Assembly (NCBI GenBank): GCA_001949185.1
Contig: BDGG01000002.1
Span: 5,384,448 to 5,448,447, forward strand
Reading direction: 5' to 3'
Length of the DNA stretch: 64,000 nucleotides
Origin: Ramazzottius varieornatus
Lineage: Eukaryota > Animalia > Tardigrada
In this document: piece after piece, positions 12,237 to 24,819 of the stretch
Position numbering within the stretch: the stretch's first letter is position 1
How the letters are laid out: the number at the start of each line of letters is the position of its first letter
Notes under the pieces: generated by a model
Seen by the model: only the letters and a program-made list of their open reading frames with translations
Database searches by the model: none
What the model was told of the DNA's origin: nothing
Position numbers and translations under genes: made by a program

Positions 12237-13564
12237 ATGGGAGCAAAAGCGCAAGACTCTCAGAAAAGCCGGCTCGCGGCGGACATGAAGGAGACTACTA
12301 TCGGCGCTGTGGACATGGACGTGAAAACTGTGGACAAGCCGGAAGCCAGCCCAAAAACTCGTTTCCCTGAACACTTCTCCGGACAGCGGGTGAAACCTAC
12401 CTGGAAGGAGACGATATATGGCTTTGGCAAGCACAACTCATGGAAGATCAAATGCGAGCATCACGTTGTAAGTGTGCTTCGCAACAGCGCACCTGTAAAA
12501 CTTCTCAGCGAAGCACTCAAAGGTGTTGGATGGTAATTATGGTGTGTTTATTTGATTCAATCGTTCACGCGCTCTAGCTAAGTTATTTCTCCGATGCTGA
12601 ACTGTTAAGCGCAAGTAATAACCCATGTATGATTTTCCTTGTAGTGAGTTCGACATTTCTCGGCATGTGCTATGCGAGCACTGCGACGAGTCCGTTGGAG
12701 GAGGATTTGATCCTGCAAATCGACAGGTATACTAAGGCTGATGCAATGAGCTTGCGAAACTCCGTTCGCAGTTCTTACCTTATCGGTGACATTGTGTTAT
12801 TGCCTTCCAGATTGTCATTTGTCAGAATGTTTCTACCACGGAAGGAAAAGTCACGAGTGTCTTGGCTCATGAGATGATCCACGCGTTTGATTATTGCCGA
12901 AGTACCTTTGACTTTAGCAATATCGACCACATCGCCTGCTCCGAGGTACGTCTTCGCCGTAGTGCTTGTATAGTCGGGCTTTTATCCATATTGTCCTCGC
13001 GATTACTGCGGAACTCCGGAGACTAAAGCTACGAGTACACTAAGCGGAGTATTCGAAAGCCCTGTGGTTGTTGTAGATCCGTGCTTCTGCGCTGACCCAC
13101 TGCAGCTTCGTAAGTGCCATGTTTCAAGGGACCGCGAAGCCTTGGGATTTCAGGAACACTCATCAGGCAAGTCGAAACGACTGAGTGACGAAAGCAAGAG
13201 CATAGTTTTGGTTCGTGAAAACGCCGGTTTCTGTCAACCATCGGTTTCTCTCAAGCGACGGTGGACTTTGAGGTTAATAACGTTCCGTGCTGTAGGACTG
13301 CGTGAAGATCAAAGCAACCGAATCCGTCATGAGCGCAATGCGAGTACCATTGGATGTGGCCCTGGCATCAGTGGAGAAGGTTTTCCCCAAATGTTATGCT
13401 GATCTGGAGCCATTTGGTCGGATACCCAGAAGAAATTCCCGCGATTGCGATAAGGTATAACGTCATGACCGGCAACCCGGATCTCTTCAGTGACCAATAT
13501 TTAGCGAAGAATCTTATTCTTGCAGGCATATTTTGAAAGGTTTTACTATGGATACGGCTCGTAA
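12237..13564 (+). CDS. ATP23: Mitochondrial inner membrane protease ATP23; 6 exons
   Basis: CEHCDESVGGGFDPANRQ/IVICQN, HEMIHAFD (HEXXH), HIACSE/IRAS, DCVKIKATESV, VEKVFPKCYADLEPFGR. Confidence 0.93.
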
Positions 13565-14552
13565 CTTCGTACGTGCGATGAAAGGGACGAGTGTAAGAAC
13601 CAAATGACATGGATGTATGATCCCGGAGCTACTCAAGAGTCAAGAGGGACATTTGAATAGCGGACCGGCTTATCGATCTTGTCGACCCTAACAGGGTTCT
13701 TCGATGCGAACGTCTGCTAGAAGCTGTGAACAAATTGTGAATTTTGCATTTTACTTTTTATCCTGTGATCCCTTTGCCGGTTGACCACTTCTCCGATTTT
13801 TCTGCAACTAGGAACAGTTGAGACGGGATGAGTATCAGCTCTTTCGCAAAACTGATTTTAAAAACGTTTGCTTTGCACCGTTTGGGAGTTAGTGTTGCTC
13901 GGAACGAGGGACGGCAGGCGGGGATTGTTGTGAACCCGTGGACACCGGTATAACGCGGTGTATCGTCGCAGCTGCTTTCTTGAAAACCGTTCCGCGCGAG
14001 CTTGTGGACTCAACGAAATACCGGGTATCATAGGCCTGGTCGTCGATTGTGAGACATTTGAATTTTGTAGCCGGTTAGTGCGAGTACGAGGTGCCTCGAG
14101 CGTCTACAGATTCCAGACCTGTGGAAGTGAATAGTTTTCAAATATCAGTCTAATCAATTGGCAGCGGGAGATGGGTTCTTATCCAAAAATCAGATGCCGG
14201 TCAGAATGAGGTGGTAAACGGCCTTGGTGCATCGACGTACGTATAGTAAGGAAGGTTTCTCACAGCTAAATCCGATAAGCTGGAAATCGTCTTGAGATAA
14301 GGGAAATCTTAGCACCCGTCTTTCCAGACGTTCGTGCAATTTTATAGCCCATGTTAAATGACTGACTCGGAAGGTATGGTCTGATAAACATAAGCCACAC
14401 GTTTTCCGGTTGAGTGCATGCAGGGTACACTCGTCGAGTAAGTAACAGCTGTTGCACCTGTCGCGAGCAATCGGATTTCAATGTATCATCACGTTTGAGA
14501 CTTCTACCTTATAAAATATTTCCGGAAAACCTCTTCTCATCCTCGCGGTACG

Positions 14553-16965
14553 ATGCCTACCGCTACGGATACCAACTTGTCGGCTGTTCTGTACACAGTG
14601 AAGAACCTGCGCATGGTACGTAAAAAACTAAAAAGAATGGTTTGAATGTGAGGAAGTGAGTGGGAAAATTGCTTGCAAGATGTTCATATTGCAGGAAGAA
14701 CGCCCAATACCTCAGCCGGGCCTCAATGGTAGTTTCCTCAAGCATACTTGATCAAAATTCGAATCTATGGGCTTTTCCTTGCAGAAGTCCAAATCGAGAT
14801 TCAAGCAGTTGGAATCTGTGGTTCAGACGTCCACTATTGGTACGTATGTAGAAGAATAGCGCTTTTTTGGCTTACTTTTTTGCGCATCTCTAGAGCGTCT
14901 CGTCGCGCCACCTCCGTGTTCAGACTGCTGCGTAATCGAACATCATCAGGTGAATCACATCTCTTTTGAACTGCAGGCAAAATGGATCCATCGGTGACTT
15001 TGTTGTGAAAGGTGAGCAAAATAGCTTTTCCCGGTCGGCATAGCCTTGCGTGTTTCGCTCCTCAGTACTGAGACTTTGTGAAATGCAGCACCTATGGTTT
15101 TGGGTCACGAACCTTCCGGCATCGTATCCGCACTTGGAGAAGGGGTCAAGCATCTGAAAGTCGGTGGGTTCCTTACGTCCGGTATCTCGTAAACCCTTAC
15201 CGAACTATCGTATAATCGGATATAATCGGTCTATGATACGGCTCTCCAATAAGAACTTGTGTTTCTTCTGGATTAGGCGATCGCGTTGCTCTGGAACCAG
15301 GTATGCATTGCCGATTTCTACCGTCCGGCTTCCTCATCATATTGCTGTGTTGCTCATGCCGATTTCAACGCATTTCCTGACTCTTGCGTAGGTATTCCAT
15401 GCCGCATGTGTGAGCACTGCAGAGGAGGTACCTACAATCTGTGCCCGGACATCACTTTTTCCGCCACTCCTCCATACCACGGTACGCTATTGCCGCTCAT
15501 ACTGTAGATTGAGACTATGATTTTTCTTCATCTTTCAAATCTGCAGGAACATTAACTAGATACTATGTGCATGCGGCGGATTTCTGCTATAAGTAAGACC
15601 CACCCGCAGTTCGGTGCAATCGGTATACAGTCTTATGGTGTCTGACGATAGGCTTCCGGATCATGTTTCGTTCGAAGAAGGCGCTCTTCTTGAGCCGTAA
15701 GTTCGTAAAAGCTTTCGCAGCTGGTCTTTTCCATGTAATGCATGTATTTAGGCTGGCGGTCGGGGTCCACGCTTGTCGACGTGCGCGAATTGCTCTGGGA
15801 AGCAAGGTTCTCATCACCGGAGCAGGTGAGTTCTTCGAGGTCGCCAGCTCGGTTGTATACTGGCGTGGCTTCCCAGGTTCTTACATTCAGTCCACATCAT
15901 TCATGACACAGTCATATTGTATGTTTCCAGGACCGATTGGTCTAGTATCTCTTCTCGCGGCGAAAGCCATGGGTGCTTCCAACGTTGTGATCACGGGTGC
16001 GAGAGTGCAGAATTCAGTAGAAAATCAGGCGTGTCTGAATGACAATCCCGCTTTCTATTCTAGATATCTCCCCTGGCCGTCTTGCTGCTGCGAAAAAGAT
16101 GGGGGCCGACTTCACGCTTAACGCTGCCGGAAAGGATCCTAAAACATTGGCAACCGAAGTTACCAACTTGCTCGGCGCCATGCCTGATTCATCTATAGGT
16201 TCGTGCCGCGTTCTTTTGCGACAAGAGTTTGTGAACGTCATATGGGACTGTGGTCATAACTTTTCTTACAGAATGCAGTGGTGCGGAAACAAGTACCCAG
16301 CTGGGTATATACGTAAGTGCCATTTAAACTGCCCCCTAACTGAGACCCATCTAACGTCAACTTTCCTCCGAGCTTCAAAAGATCTATAAATAATCGACCC
16401 TCTTGGTGTTCTATCAGGCCAAATAGATACCTAACTTGTTTCGAATGTAGGCAACGAAAAGTGGAGGGACGTTCGTCCTTGTCGGCATGGGCGGACATGA
16501 GGTAAATAATATTTCTTCGGACGGATATCTCCAAATGAAGAACCCCGTTAGGCCAACTGCGCGAAAACTCTCGCACCAGTTGGCATAACGGAAGGCTACT
16601 CACGACTGACCATTTCAACCATGAGCCAAAACAATCAGTCCCACATGATTATTTTCAGGTAACATTACCCTTGATCAACGCCCTCATCCGTGAAGTGGAT
16701 ATTCGCGGGGTCTTCCGTTATGCCAACTGGTAAGAGATTTTTCGCGTTATATCCTTCTGCTTGTCCAGTTCCTCATTTGGCCTGATTTTGCAGTTATCCT
16801 GCCGCATTGGAGATGGTGGCAACCGGTAAAGTGGACGTGAAACCTTTGATAACCCATCACTACAGCCTGGAGCAGGCTCTGGACGCATTTGAAACGACAC
16901 GAACCGGCGCAGGTGGCGCCATCAAAGTCATGATCCACTGTGGTCGCCAGAGTCAGTCTTCATGA
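14553..16965 (+). CDS. SORD: Sorbitol dehydrogenase (zinc MDR family); 16 exons
   Basis: VGICGSDVHYW, PMVLGHEPSG, structural-Zn CRMCEHCRGGTYNLC, FSATPPYHG, EEGALLEP, ITGAG/PIGL, IRGVFRYANC/YP, GAIKVMIHC. Confidence 0.96.
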
Positions 16966-17087
16966 CACCTCTTATCGGAAAACTTTGTTCTTAGTTCTTA
17001 CAGTCCAGATATTCCGAAAGTCTTGCCGCTTTATCTAATGGCTCAGTTACCAGCATGCTTAGTGGAAGTTCCATTGTGCAAAATCTT

Positions 17088-17769
17088 TTAATATATTGAT
17101 GGGAAGATCCGAAGATACAAGGATTGCACGAATGATCTGTCAATGAGCGACAGTTTCGTAACAGATGACAGAAACGAGTTCACTATCCATCCATACAAGC
17201 CGTAGTGAGATTGAGAAGACAAAGTCTTGATGTTCACCGTCAAGGACCTTAGTTCTGCCGTTCTCTCAGCCATGTTCTCTATCCGCCCCTCATTCTTCAA
17301 GCGGTTCGCTTCGATGAGTTTCAAGGTTGTACTCGTTCTCTCATTCATCTCTTGAAGTTCTTCGATTAGTATACCACTAAATATCAAACAGAAAGATCAG
17401 ACTACGACAGTTTGCAAAGGAGAAAAAATTAGAAGTATCTATTTAACTCGTTCTACTGGTTCCACGTTGACGTAAAAATTATTTGCGCTGCTACGAAAGC
17501 TTACCAAACGCATTCGAGGAACCGCTGCCGTTGCACCGTCTCCTGTTGTTCGGCCAAGGACACTGGTATTTTTGCTACGATGATCTTGAAGTTCTGAGTT
17601 TCAGCAATGAAAGATGGCGATAGGAGCAGATGGTTTTCAGACTGCGGGATGACTAAAATCTGTTTCGCTAGTCTTTAGTTAGTGATGATGAATGTGCTTA
17701 ACTGTTCGAGCAGAGATGGACGAAAATGCTTCTTTTCACTCGTTTCACTTTAAAATCGAAACAAAGCAT
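17088..17769 (-). CDS. Putative small orphan protein (~165 aa, 3 exons) with coiled-coil, R-SNARE-like segment
   Basis: Frame-consistent GT-AG introns (e.g. GTTTG|gtaagc...atttag|TGGT) join the exons to the 17088-17387 ORF. ELQEMNERTSTTLKLIEANRLKNEGRIENMAERTAELRSL is heptad-like. First exon and start are uncertain. Confidence 0.45.
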
Positions 17770-18310
17770 AGTCTTTCTCGATAGCTCTTTGGGTGCGAGA
17801 AAGCCATTGCAGACAGCGGTCAAAGCTGGAGCCCCAAGCCATTACCATTGTTCGAATTTGGAGGGAGTTGCACTGCACCCCCCCCCCTCAAGGACGGCAG
17901 GCCGCCCTTGTATTTGATTGTTGATTTCGATGTTGCGAAAACTCCTCTAGTCCCTTTAGGATTTTATATGACTTCACTTTTATCCACTGATGTGCTGCTG
18001 AGGCGCGTGTCTGACGGAGCATGGCAAGACAAATGATAGACCATAAGTTTACCGGAACCAGGTCTCCTGTTTAGGGAATCGTGGCATCGAATCCCGGTAG
18101 ACGTGCTTTCTCAAATATTGAGCTAACATGTGTAGTCAATCAATCGAATTGTGGTTCTGTTTCTTTTTCATACCCAAGCCGCGGTGGAGGTTGATTGAAT
18201 GATCTTACTTTTCGGTTAGATTAATAATCTGGTCACGGGATGATTTCGTCATGACGAAAATCTGCCCCATGTTATGCTTTGACGTATGATGTCAAGGATA
18301 CTTCACGGCG

Positions 18311-18337
18311 TCCTTCCTTCCTTCCTTCCTTCCTTCC
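18311..18337. repeat. (TCCT)n microsatellite
   Basis: tccttccttccttccttccttccttcc upstream of Nup93. Confidence 0.85.
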
Positions 18338-18511
18338 AGCAACGCGCGCTTCAGCAGCACATCAGTGCTTTTATCTCGACAAAAGTCACGAAGTTTGTGT
18401 TTCTCAGAAAGCTCTGAACCATCTTCTGACGGAGTCCGAGACTAGGCGGTTTCGAGAGTTTGGCGCTAGGCTAGCGGAGATAGCGGCAGAAGAGACGGAT
18501 CAAGAGTGCTG

Positions 18512-21500
18512 ATGGAGTGGATCAAGAGAGAACCTGGACTGTCGAGCGCTTTACTGTCCAGTCCTGGGCGCCAGAGGGAACAGAATTCTTTTTTTTCCAA
18601 GGATGATGCTGGTCAAATCCCCTTCGGAAACGTCAGTGGATCTCAAACCTCAACGGCGGGACACGGTTACTCGTTCAATCAGCTTGCTGCATCACAGGCT
18701 GCGTTAGGCGCGAAAGAAGATCCGCCGGTTGTTTCAAGTAAGAATCAAGCCGTAATAATATGCCGATTGACCGTGTGTATTCCAGACGGTCCAAAACAGC
18801 TTCTTTCAACAGCAAATTACTTGGAGATTACCGAACGTCTGCTGAAACAAGGTTCTCAGTATCAACAAAAGCATGAGAACAATAGTCGGACTCTTGCGGG
18901 GACGCATGTCGCACTCGGTTCGGAACAGCATCCAGAAAGCGTCAAGGTACGTTTCTAACCTGCAAACTGTGAAATGTGAAGTAAACTGCAAGAAGTTGTA
19001 GAGATATCGTGCATCTGAAAAATCACGAGCACATTCTGTTACGGTTTTACCATACATATTGGATTCCGTTTGTTAGATCTGTCTCTTGTGTTTTTCCAGG
19101 ATTTTCTGGATGGCAAACGTCGAGCTGCAGTAGACACGCTCATCCGATCGGAAGAAAATTTCACTGAGCAGAAAAGAAAGATCTACGGATACCTGACACC
19201 GGATGTCGAATGGGAAAAGTTCAAGGAACAGACCATTTCGGCCCACTTAGCAGCTGGCAACGACGGCGTCATCGCTCAACTCCGCAATCAGCGACTACGG
19301 AACGCTGGTAACATGACACTGGGTGCTTCTGGCGACCGAGTCTTAACCAAAGAAGAACACTTGTTCGCCCAAGTTGTAAGCTCGATCTTACACGTGTTTG
19401 CAATCGTTTTCACTTTCTGAATATTAGTCGAAGTTTTCTTCATAGTTGCGTGAATGCAACGACGAAATCATTCGGACGCACAGCCACGTTCCCAACCTAG
19501 CTGATCGTTTTCGCGCGGTGGTACCTTCGTTCCCTCTTCAACAGCAGGAGCCTTTATGGAATCCTCTCGCGGCCATCATTAGTGCCTTACGGGATGAGAG
19601 TCACGCTTTTCTCAGTCAGGAACAGACAGCCTATTACCGACTTTCGGAAAACTTCAACAGACGCGTCATAACCGCAGCCCGGAAGTACCTTGAGAAGAGT
19701 GCCCTGGACACCGCCGAAGAACAGGCGCGGAATCCAGTACGAGACTTCTCTTCAGATACCAAGAACGACCTGAGCGCCGTGGTGGACTACACAAGAATGC
19801 AGATAAGTAGGAGTCGACTGAATACTTCGTCGTCTGGTGGGAACCTGTATGGAGTTCCTGTGTGGGCTTTGCTGTACTACGCGGTACGGATGGGCGCTGT
19901 CAAGACTGCCGTGAAACTGTGGTATGTATCTGTATTGGAGTGAGGGTAACAAGACGAAACCAAATTGGATAAGATTTCTTGTGATTGACACCTAGGCAAA
20001 TGAATTGAACTAGATTGTTATTTCAAGGGGCGCGCGTACTCATTGTGAGGGGCTGGTAATGTGCGCCACCTGGGAAACGCTGTGGTTCAAATCATTTGCC
20101 CAGGTCACAATTGTTTGTTTTGATTTTGCAGTGAGAGAAGTGAAGAGGCACGGGATTTTTCCAAGTACCTCACCGAATACGACCGGAACGACGGATCTCT
20201 CTTGGCCAGTAGTCAGCTAGAACTGCAGACGCTATATCGTAGCCAGCTGACATCGATTGCAAGCTCCGATGTGTACAGGAAGTGTTTGCTGGCGATCATG
20301 TCTCGTTCCGAGTCTGACATAGATCTACCAAGCGTCACGAACTCCGTGAACGACTGGCTTTGGATCAAGCTGGCCCAAGCCGAACCAGCTCTTTCGAGTT
20401 CCTCTTCGCAAAACCTGACGTTGTCCGCACTCCAGCAGATGGTTCTCGCCAAGTTCCCCCCGCAGAAAACCAGCGACACGGAGGCCTTCTTAGCCTTCAT
20501 CCTAACAGGCCAGTTCGAACTGGCGGTTGAAAGGCTTTTTCTCAATGTCAAGTTACGCGCTCATGCTGTAAACATGGCAATCTGCCTCAAACAGGTATGG
20601 CAACAGTTTGGTCTGTCGAGAAACGGAAAAACGACCTTCAATGTCAGTTCTCTCATACACCTCCGTACTCATGTGCTTTGATGACACTACGGCCGGGTGT
20701 ACGCAGGTTGGGAAAGGCGCGATTTCGTAGCATGTCTTGATTGCTCGTTACGTTTGAATTAGGTGAATCTTCTTCTCTTCTCACTGGAACCAAAGATCGG
20801 TGCCGTCCTGGTAGAGAAAGACCCGTTCTTCCTTCTGGATTTCGGTTCGGTAGTCCGCATCTACGTGGACAGTTTCCGCAAGCAGCATATGGACGTGGCG
20901 CTTGAGTACCACTTCCACTTGACTGACAGTCCTTCCGTTCAGTCAACTGTCTACGACCACCATTTCCAGAACTTGTTCGAGTTTTGTCTGTACAAGTTGG
21001 CCAAAGATACCGGCAAGTACACAGAGCTGTTCGGCGAGAAGCTTCAGATGAATACTGCGAATAGGCAGAAGCAGATTGGGAAGGCAGGACTGGTTTCGCG
21101 ACTGTGGCAGGACTCGTCCAACGTCGTTCGAGCTATCGCGCAAGATTTGATCCAGGATGGACGTCTGGCCGATGGGCTGGCTATGCTGGAACTGGCTAAC
21201 CAAGTCAGCGAGGCCTTCCGCTTCCTCCTCAAAGCATTGTCCGATAGTGTTACCTTCCCTAACGCAGCCAAAAACCGCCGTGAACTGCAGCAATACGCCC
21301 AAAGTTTCGTCGAGAAGTATGTAACTTGAACAGAATTTTTGTTGGTCCGTGATGAGACAAATCAGCACTTTTCATCAATACTTCTCGAGGACGTTTTGCA
21401 GGACCGGAACTCCCGAATTGACTGATCAAGTAGCACAAAACGTGTGCCTTCTGCTGGACTTGATTACGTTTTTCGACCTCGTTGAAACACAGGACTACAG

Positions 21501-22058
21501 AAAAGCCATCATCGTAATCCAGAATATAAAAATCCTTCCACTGGAGCAGAAGTTTGTAAAGACGGCAGTAAGTTTTCTGAGTGAAATACACTAATCCAGA
21601 AGCTTACACATGCGTTGATTTATACATTAACTTAGCTGAATTGTGAGAGAGTGTTGCTTCCTGTTGCAGCTGGCAGTCTTCCGGAACGACCTTCTTCCGG
21701 AAGTCAAGGAGTGCATTCCTTACGTCTGCCTACAGTTTATGCATGCGCTCGTTAAACAGTATTCCGACGAGAAAGACCGTTTACTTTGTATGCGATATGG
21801 AGTGGAATCTGGTGCGACCCTTCGTGGCACTTCCCTGTCATCAGCTGGAGCACGGCTCTGCGATGAAATTATCAGCGTAAGATCTTTTTCTCTATCCAAA
21901 TAGCAGCTACTCTTGTCACAGGTATGTCGCGTATTCAGGTACAAACAGGCTACAGGAAGCAAGCAAGAGCGGTTCTTGAATTCGCGAATCAGATACCCGC
22001 ATTTCAACTTCCGGGGCTAGTAGAACTTTTGATCAAGCTGGAATCGACAATTTCCTAG
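18512..22058 (+). CDS. NUP93: Nuclear pore complex protein Nup93 (divergent); multi-exon
   Basis: VEWEKFKEQTI, ARKYLEKS, GVPVWALLYYAVRMG, DVYRKCLLAIMSR, SVNDWLWIKL, LTGQFELAVERL, HAVNMAI, ALEYHFHL, LLDLITFFD, C-terminal RKQARAVLEFANQIP*. Start codon uncertain. Confidence 0.88.
19990..20105. repeat. Palindromic intronic repeat, family A copy 1 (Nup93 intron)
   Basis: acctaggcaaatgaattgaac...gttcaaatcatttgcccaggt (19/21 inverted match), with inner ggcgcgc...gtgcgcc. Confidence 0.8.
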
Positions 22059-22135
22059 CCGAAACTTTCTTTTCTTTACTCTCTAACACAGTATTTGACT
22101 ATTCCAACAGTTTTTTCTTATTTTGCGGGCCTTAT

Positions 22136-24246
22136 TCAAGATGCAAGCTTTGGTTTGTTTTTCAGATCTAGCATTTTCCATAGCACAAGCTTGCTATCAG
22201 AGTTGCATCTCCGAAGGTGCAATACCCGCTTATCGAGAGCGAGACACAAGCCTTTTGATGGGTTTAATATAACTTTGCCATCGAAAGATGAAAGCCTCCA
22301 CTCTTGAGATCCACCGGTGAAATGACACTTGGAAGGGCAGGGAACTTTGCTGGGGCATTCGGTATCGAGACAGAGGTTCGAGCGAAGAACGATGGCATTG
22401 TGGTTGGACCTGTACAGAGAGCGCGCTTCAGCGCAAGCGACCATCGAAAGCACTTTCTCCGAAAGACTGAGACACAGTCCACTGTGGGCATGCCGTAAGA
22501 GAAACTTCTCCGAGTAGGAAATGTTCAAGAGTTCCCTGCTACCGTTCGACATGGGTTGATCGATTCCAGGATAAACGTTGTCGATGTACCACTGGAAGGA
22601 ATGACACTTCAGAGTCTCTCGTAGGTGCTTTCGCTCCGTCACGTTGATATTGTCGAAGGACCGTGCTTCAGGTCGAACTTTGTAGAACTTGTCGATGTGT
22701 TCATCCAGCCAGACTTTGGCAACTCGGATGCTGTTGAGAAGTTGCGTGTCCCCTCTCCCATCGTTCCCATAAGGTCTCTCATTGCGAAAGATATGTCCCA
22801 CATGGGAACAGGGGTGGATTTTTAGCCGACCACCGCACATCCATATCCGGAAGGACATCTCGAGGTTCTCGCCACCCCAGATATCCATCTTCTCATCGTA
22901 CTCCCCTAGAAGCAATATCACGAACTTTATCAATACTGCGCCTCGATCGAGTTTCATGACGGAGAAACGTTTATCGACGTACCTAATTCTTGGAAGTACT
23001 GGCGGTGTATAGCAAATATCCCTCCGCTCATCACGGGACTGTCGACAGCTTCTGCAGTTTCCAGCCTTAAACTATCCACAGGATCCCAGCGGAAGTGAAG
23101 ACCCCAATTGAATCCTAGCGGGATAAATCATGACATTGAAAATTCTCCTGTACTTACACTTGATTTGTGTTCATGCCAGTTTTGTCTGCGCTGCCGTACC
23201 TCCAACTACTGGCGGCGAAGCAACGAGCTCCAAAGTATGCGGTTGGATGACGTCGACAACTGGACAAACGACCGTAGTTCGGTCTTGGTGGATTTCATCC
23301 AGCAGTGGTTCCATCCAGTGGTGGCCTACTTCCGTGTGCGAGTCAAGGAAAACCAGTACGTCTCCTGTGGCCTGCCTTGCTCCGTGTATTCGAGCTCGGA
23401 TCAGTCCTTGGCGAGAAGACAGACGAATAAGACGCACTTTACGACTGATATCTGACAGCACCGACTGAAGAGGTTCCTGGAGTTCTTCGGAAGATGATGC
23501 GTCGTCCACCAGGATGATTTCCTCCACGAGATCTTCCGCAGTCCTCATGATGACCGAACTAATTGTTCGTAAGAGGGCGCTCCTTGCTTCGTTGTAGAAA
23601 CAAATAATAACGCTGGCGGTCAGAGACGGAAGTTGGAACGCTCTTTGTTGACATTCTTGATTTCTGCAAGAATGACAGTTAGTAAAGACAACGCGTACTT
23701 GCCATGTGATGGCAGCCTCGGCAGGTATGGGAAGAAAAAGATTGCTATGGCGAACCGGAATTCCGGAACCTCCCGATCCAGCGGTATTTGTGAGCTCAGA
23801 AACGCGTTGAAACTATGTTTCACATTCTGCGAAAACTCTCGCTCGTCGTCGTCGGTCAAGATCATACCAGCTTTTGGGATGTCAATCTCATCAACTGGTA
23901 AGCTGGTCCGTCTCGTCGAAGTGGGTAGTGTCTTTAGATCTTGAGGTCTCGGTAAACGGTCGGGAACCGCCGCCTGCAGAGTCCTCACCTTTATCAATGA
24001 CTTGGCTTGTTTCTTCCCAGTCTTCTGCAAGAGTCGGTCTTCTTTGCTTTTCCAGACCACGGATTTGCTGGGCCGAGAAGGGAGAGAAGCGTGAATGGGG
24101 TTCACTGTATACAGCAAGGCGCGAACTTCCGTGTTTGGTCTGTTCTCGAGTGGCGCGATTCCAATGAGCAAGATCACTCCCCAACAAGAAATGCATGAGA
24201 CTATCAAACACAACGCTCCCGATCGTCCTCTTAGCCCGAAAACCAT
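22136..24246 (-). CDS. GALNT11: Polypeptide N-acetylgalactosaminyltransferase, GALNT11/pgant35A-like; multi-exon
   Basis: Type II TM anchor, EIILVDDAS, GLIRARIHGA, FLDSH (DXH), FNWGLHFRWD, WGGENLEMSFRIWMCGG, PCSHVGHIFR, C-terminal ricin lectin. Orthology within the family is inferred. Confidence 0.85.
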
Positions 24247-24819
24247 TGCAAAGGAGCGTACAATGATGTCATGTACCCAGCAAGCCAGAAGCTGAACCGT
24301 GGGTGGATTTTGCTCTTATTCCCACAGCAGCAGTCTTCGTTAAGAAAATCTTGATGCTGTACTAGCCGGTTTGTTCTCCAAGACGGAGTTAATGCCTGAA
24401 CCTCATCTTCAGTATATTAGCTGCTGGTGAGCTCGTGTATTCAGGGCCAGTAAAGGCACCAACGTGACAATACCGCGAAGAAAAGTGCAAGCAGAGAAGA
24501 CTCGATCGTCTTGCTAGAAACCGACGAGACACAAACATTGCCGAGGGGGATCCATTATGAAAGATGAAAAGGCTGACCTTGTTGCAATATGCATCAATAA
24601 ATACGACGGCAATTATTACTGAACAATGCTCGCTTTCGTAGCCTTTGTTATCTCGTACGTATTGACGTAACTAAAAACGACGCTTGGATCCTTGGATGAC
24701 TTCAACAATTTCGGGCTTCATATTGTGAAAACAGTTCGAAAAAGCAGTCCCCATATTACTAATAGCTTCTAAATTCAATGCCAACCGCATAATATCAACA
24801 CAGCCAGATCCAGAGTAAA

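Noticed and set aside
18003-18106. tRNA/SINE-like look (atcgaatccc B-box-like motif)
   Set aside because: No convincing cloverleaf, A-box spacing or anticodon arm.
20028-20112. Possible H/ACA snoRNA or tRNA fragment (ggttcaaatc, terminal ACA)
   Set aside because: No H box between the hairpins; better explained as a family A palindromic repeat.
23330-23350. GALNT DSHTE instead of the common DSHCE
   Set aside because: The DXH metal-binding motif is intact and the following position varies in this subfamily.
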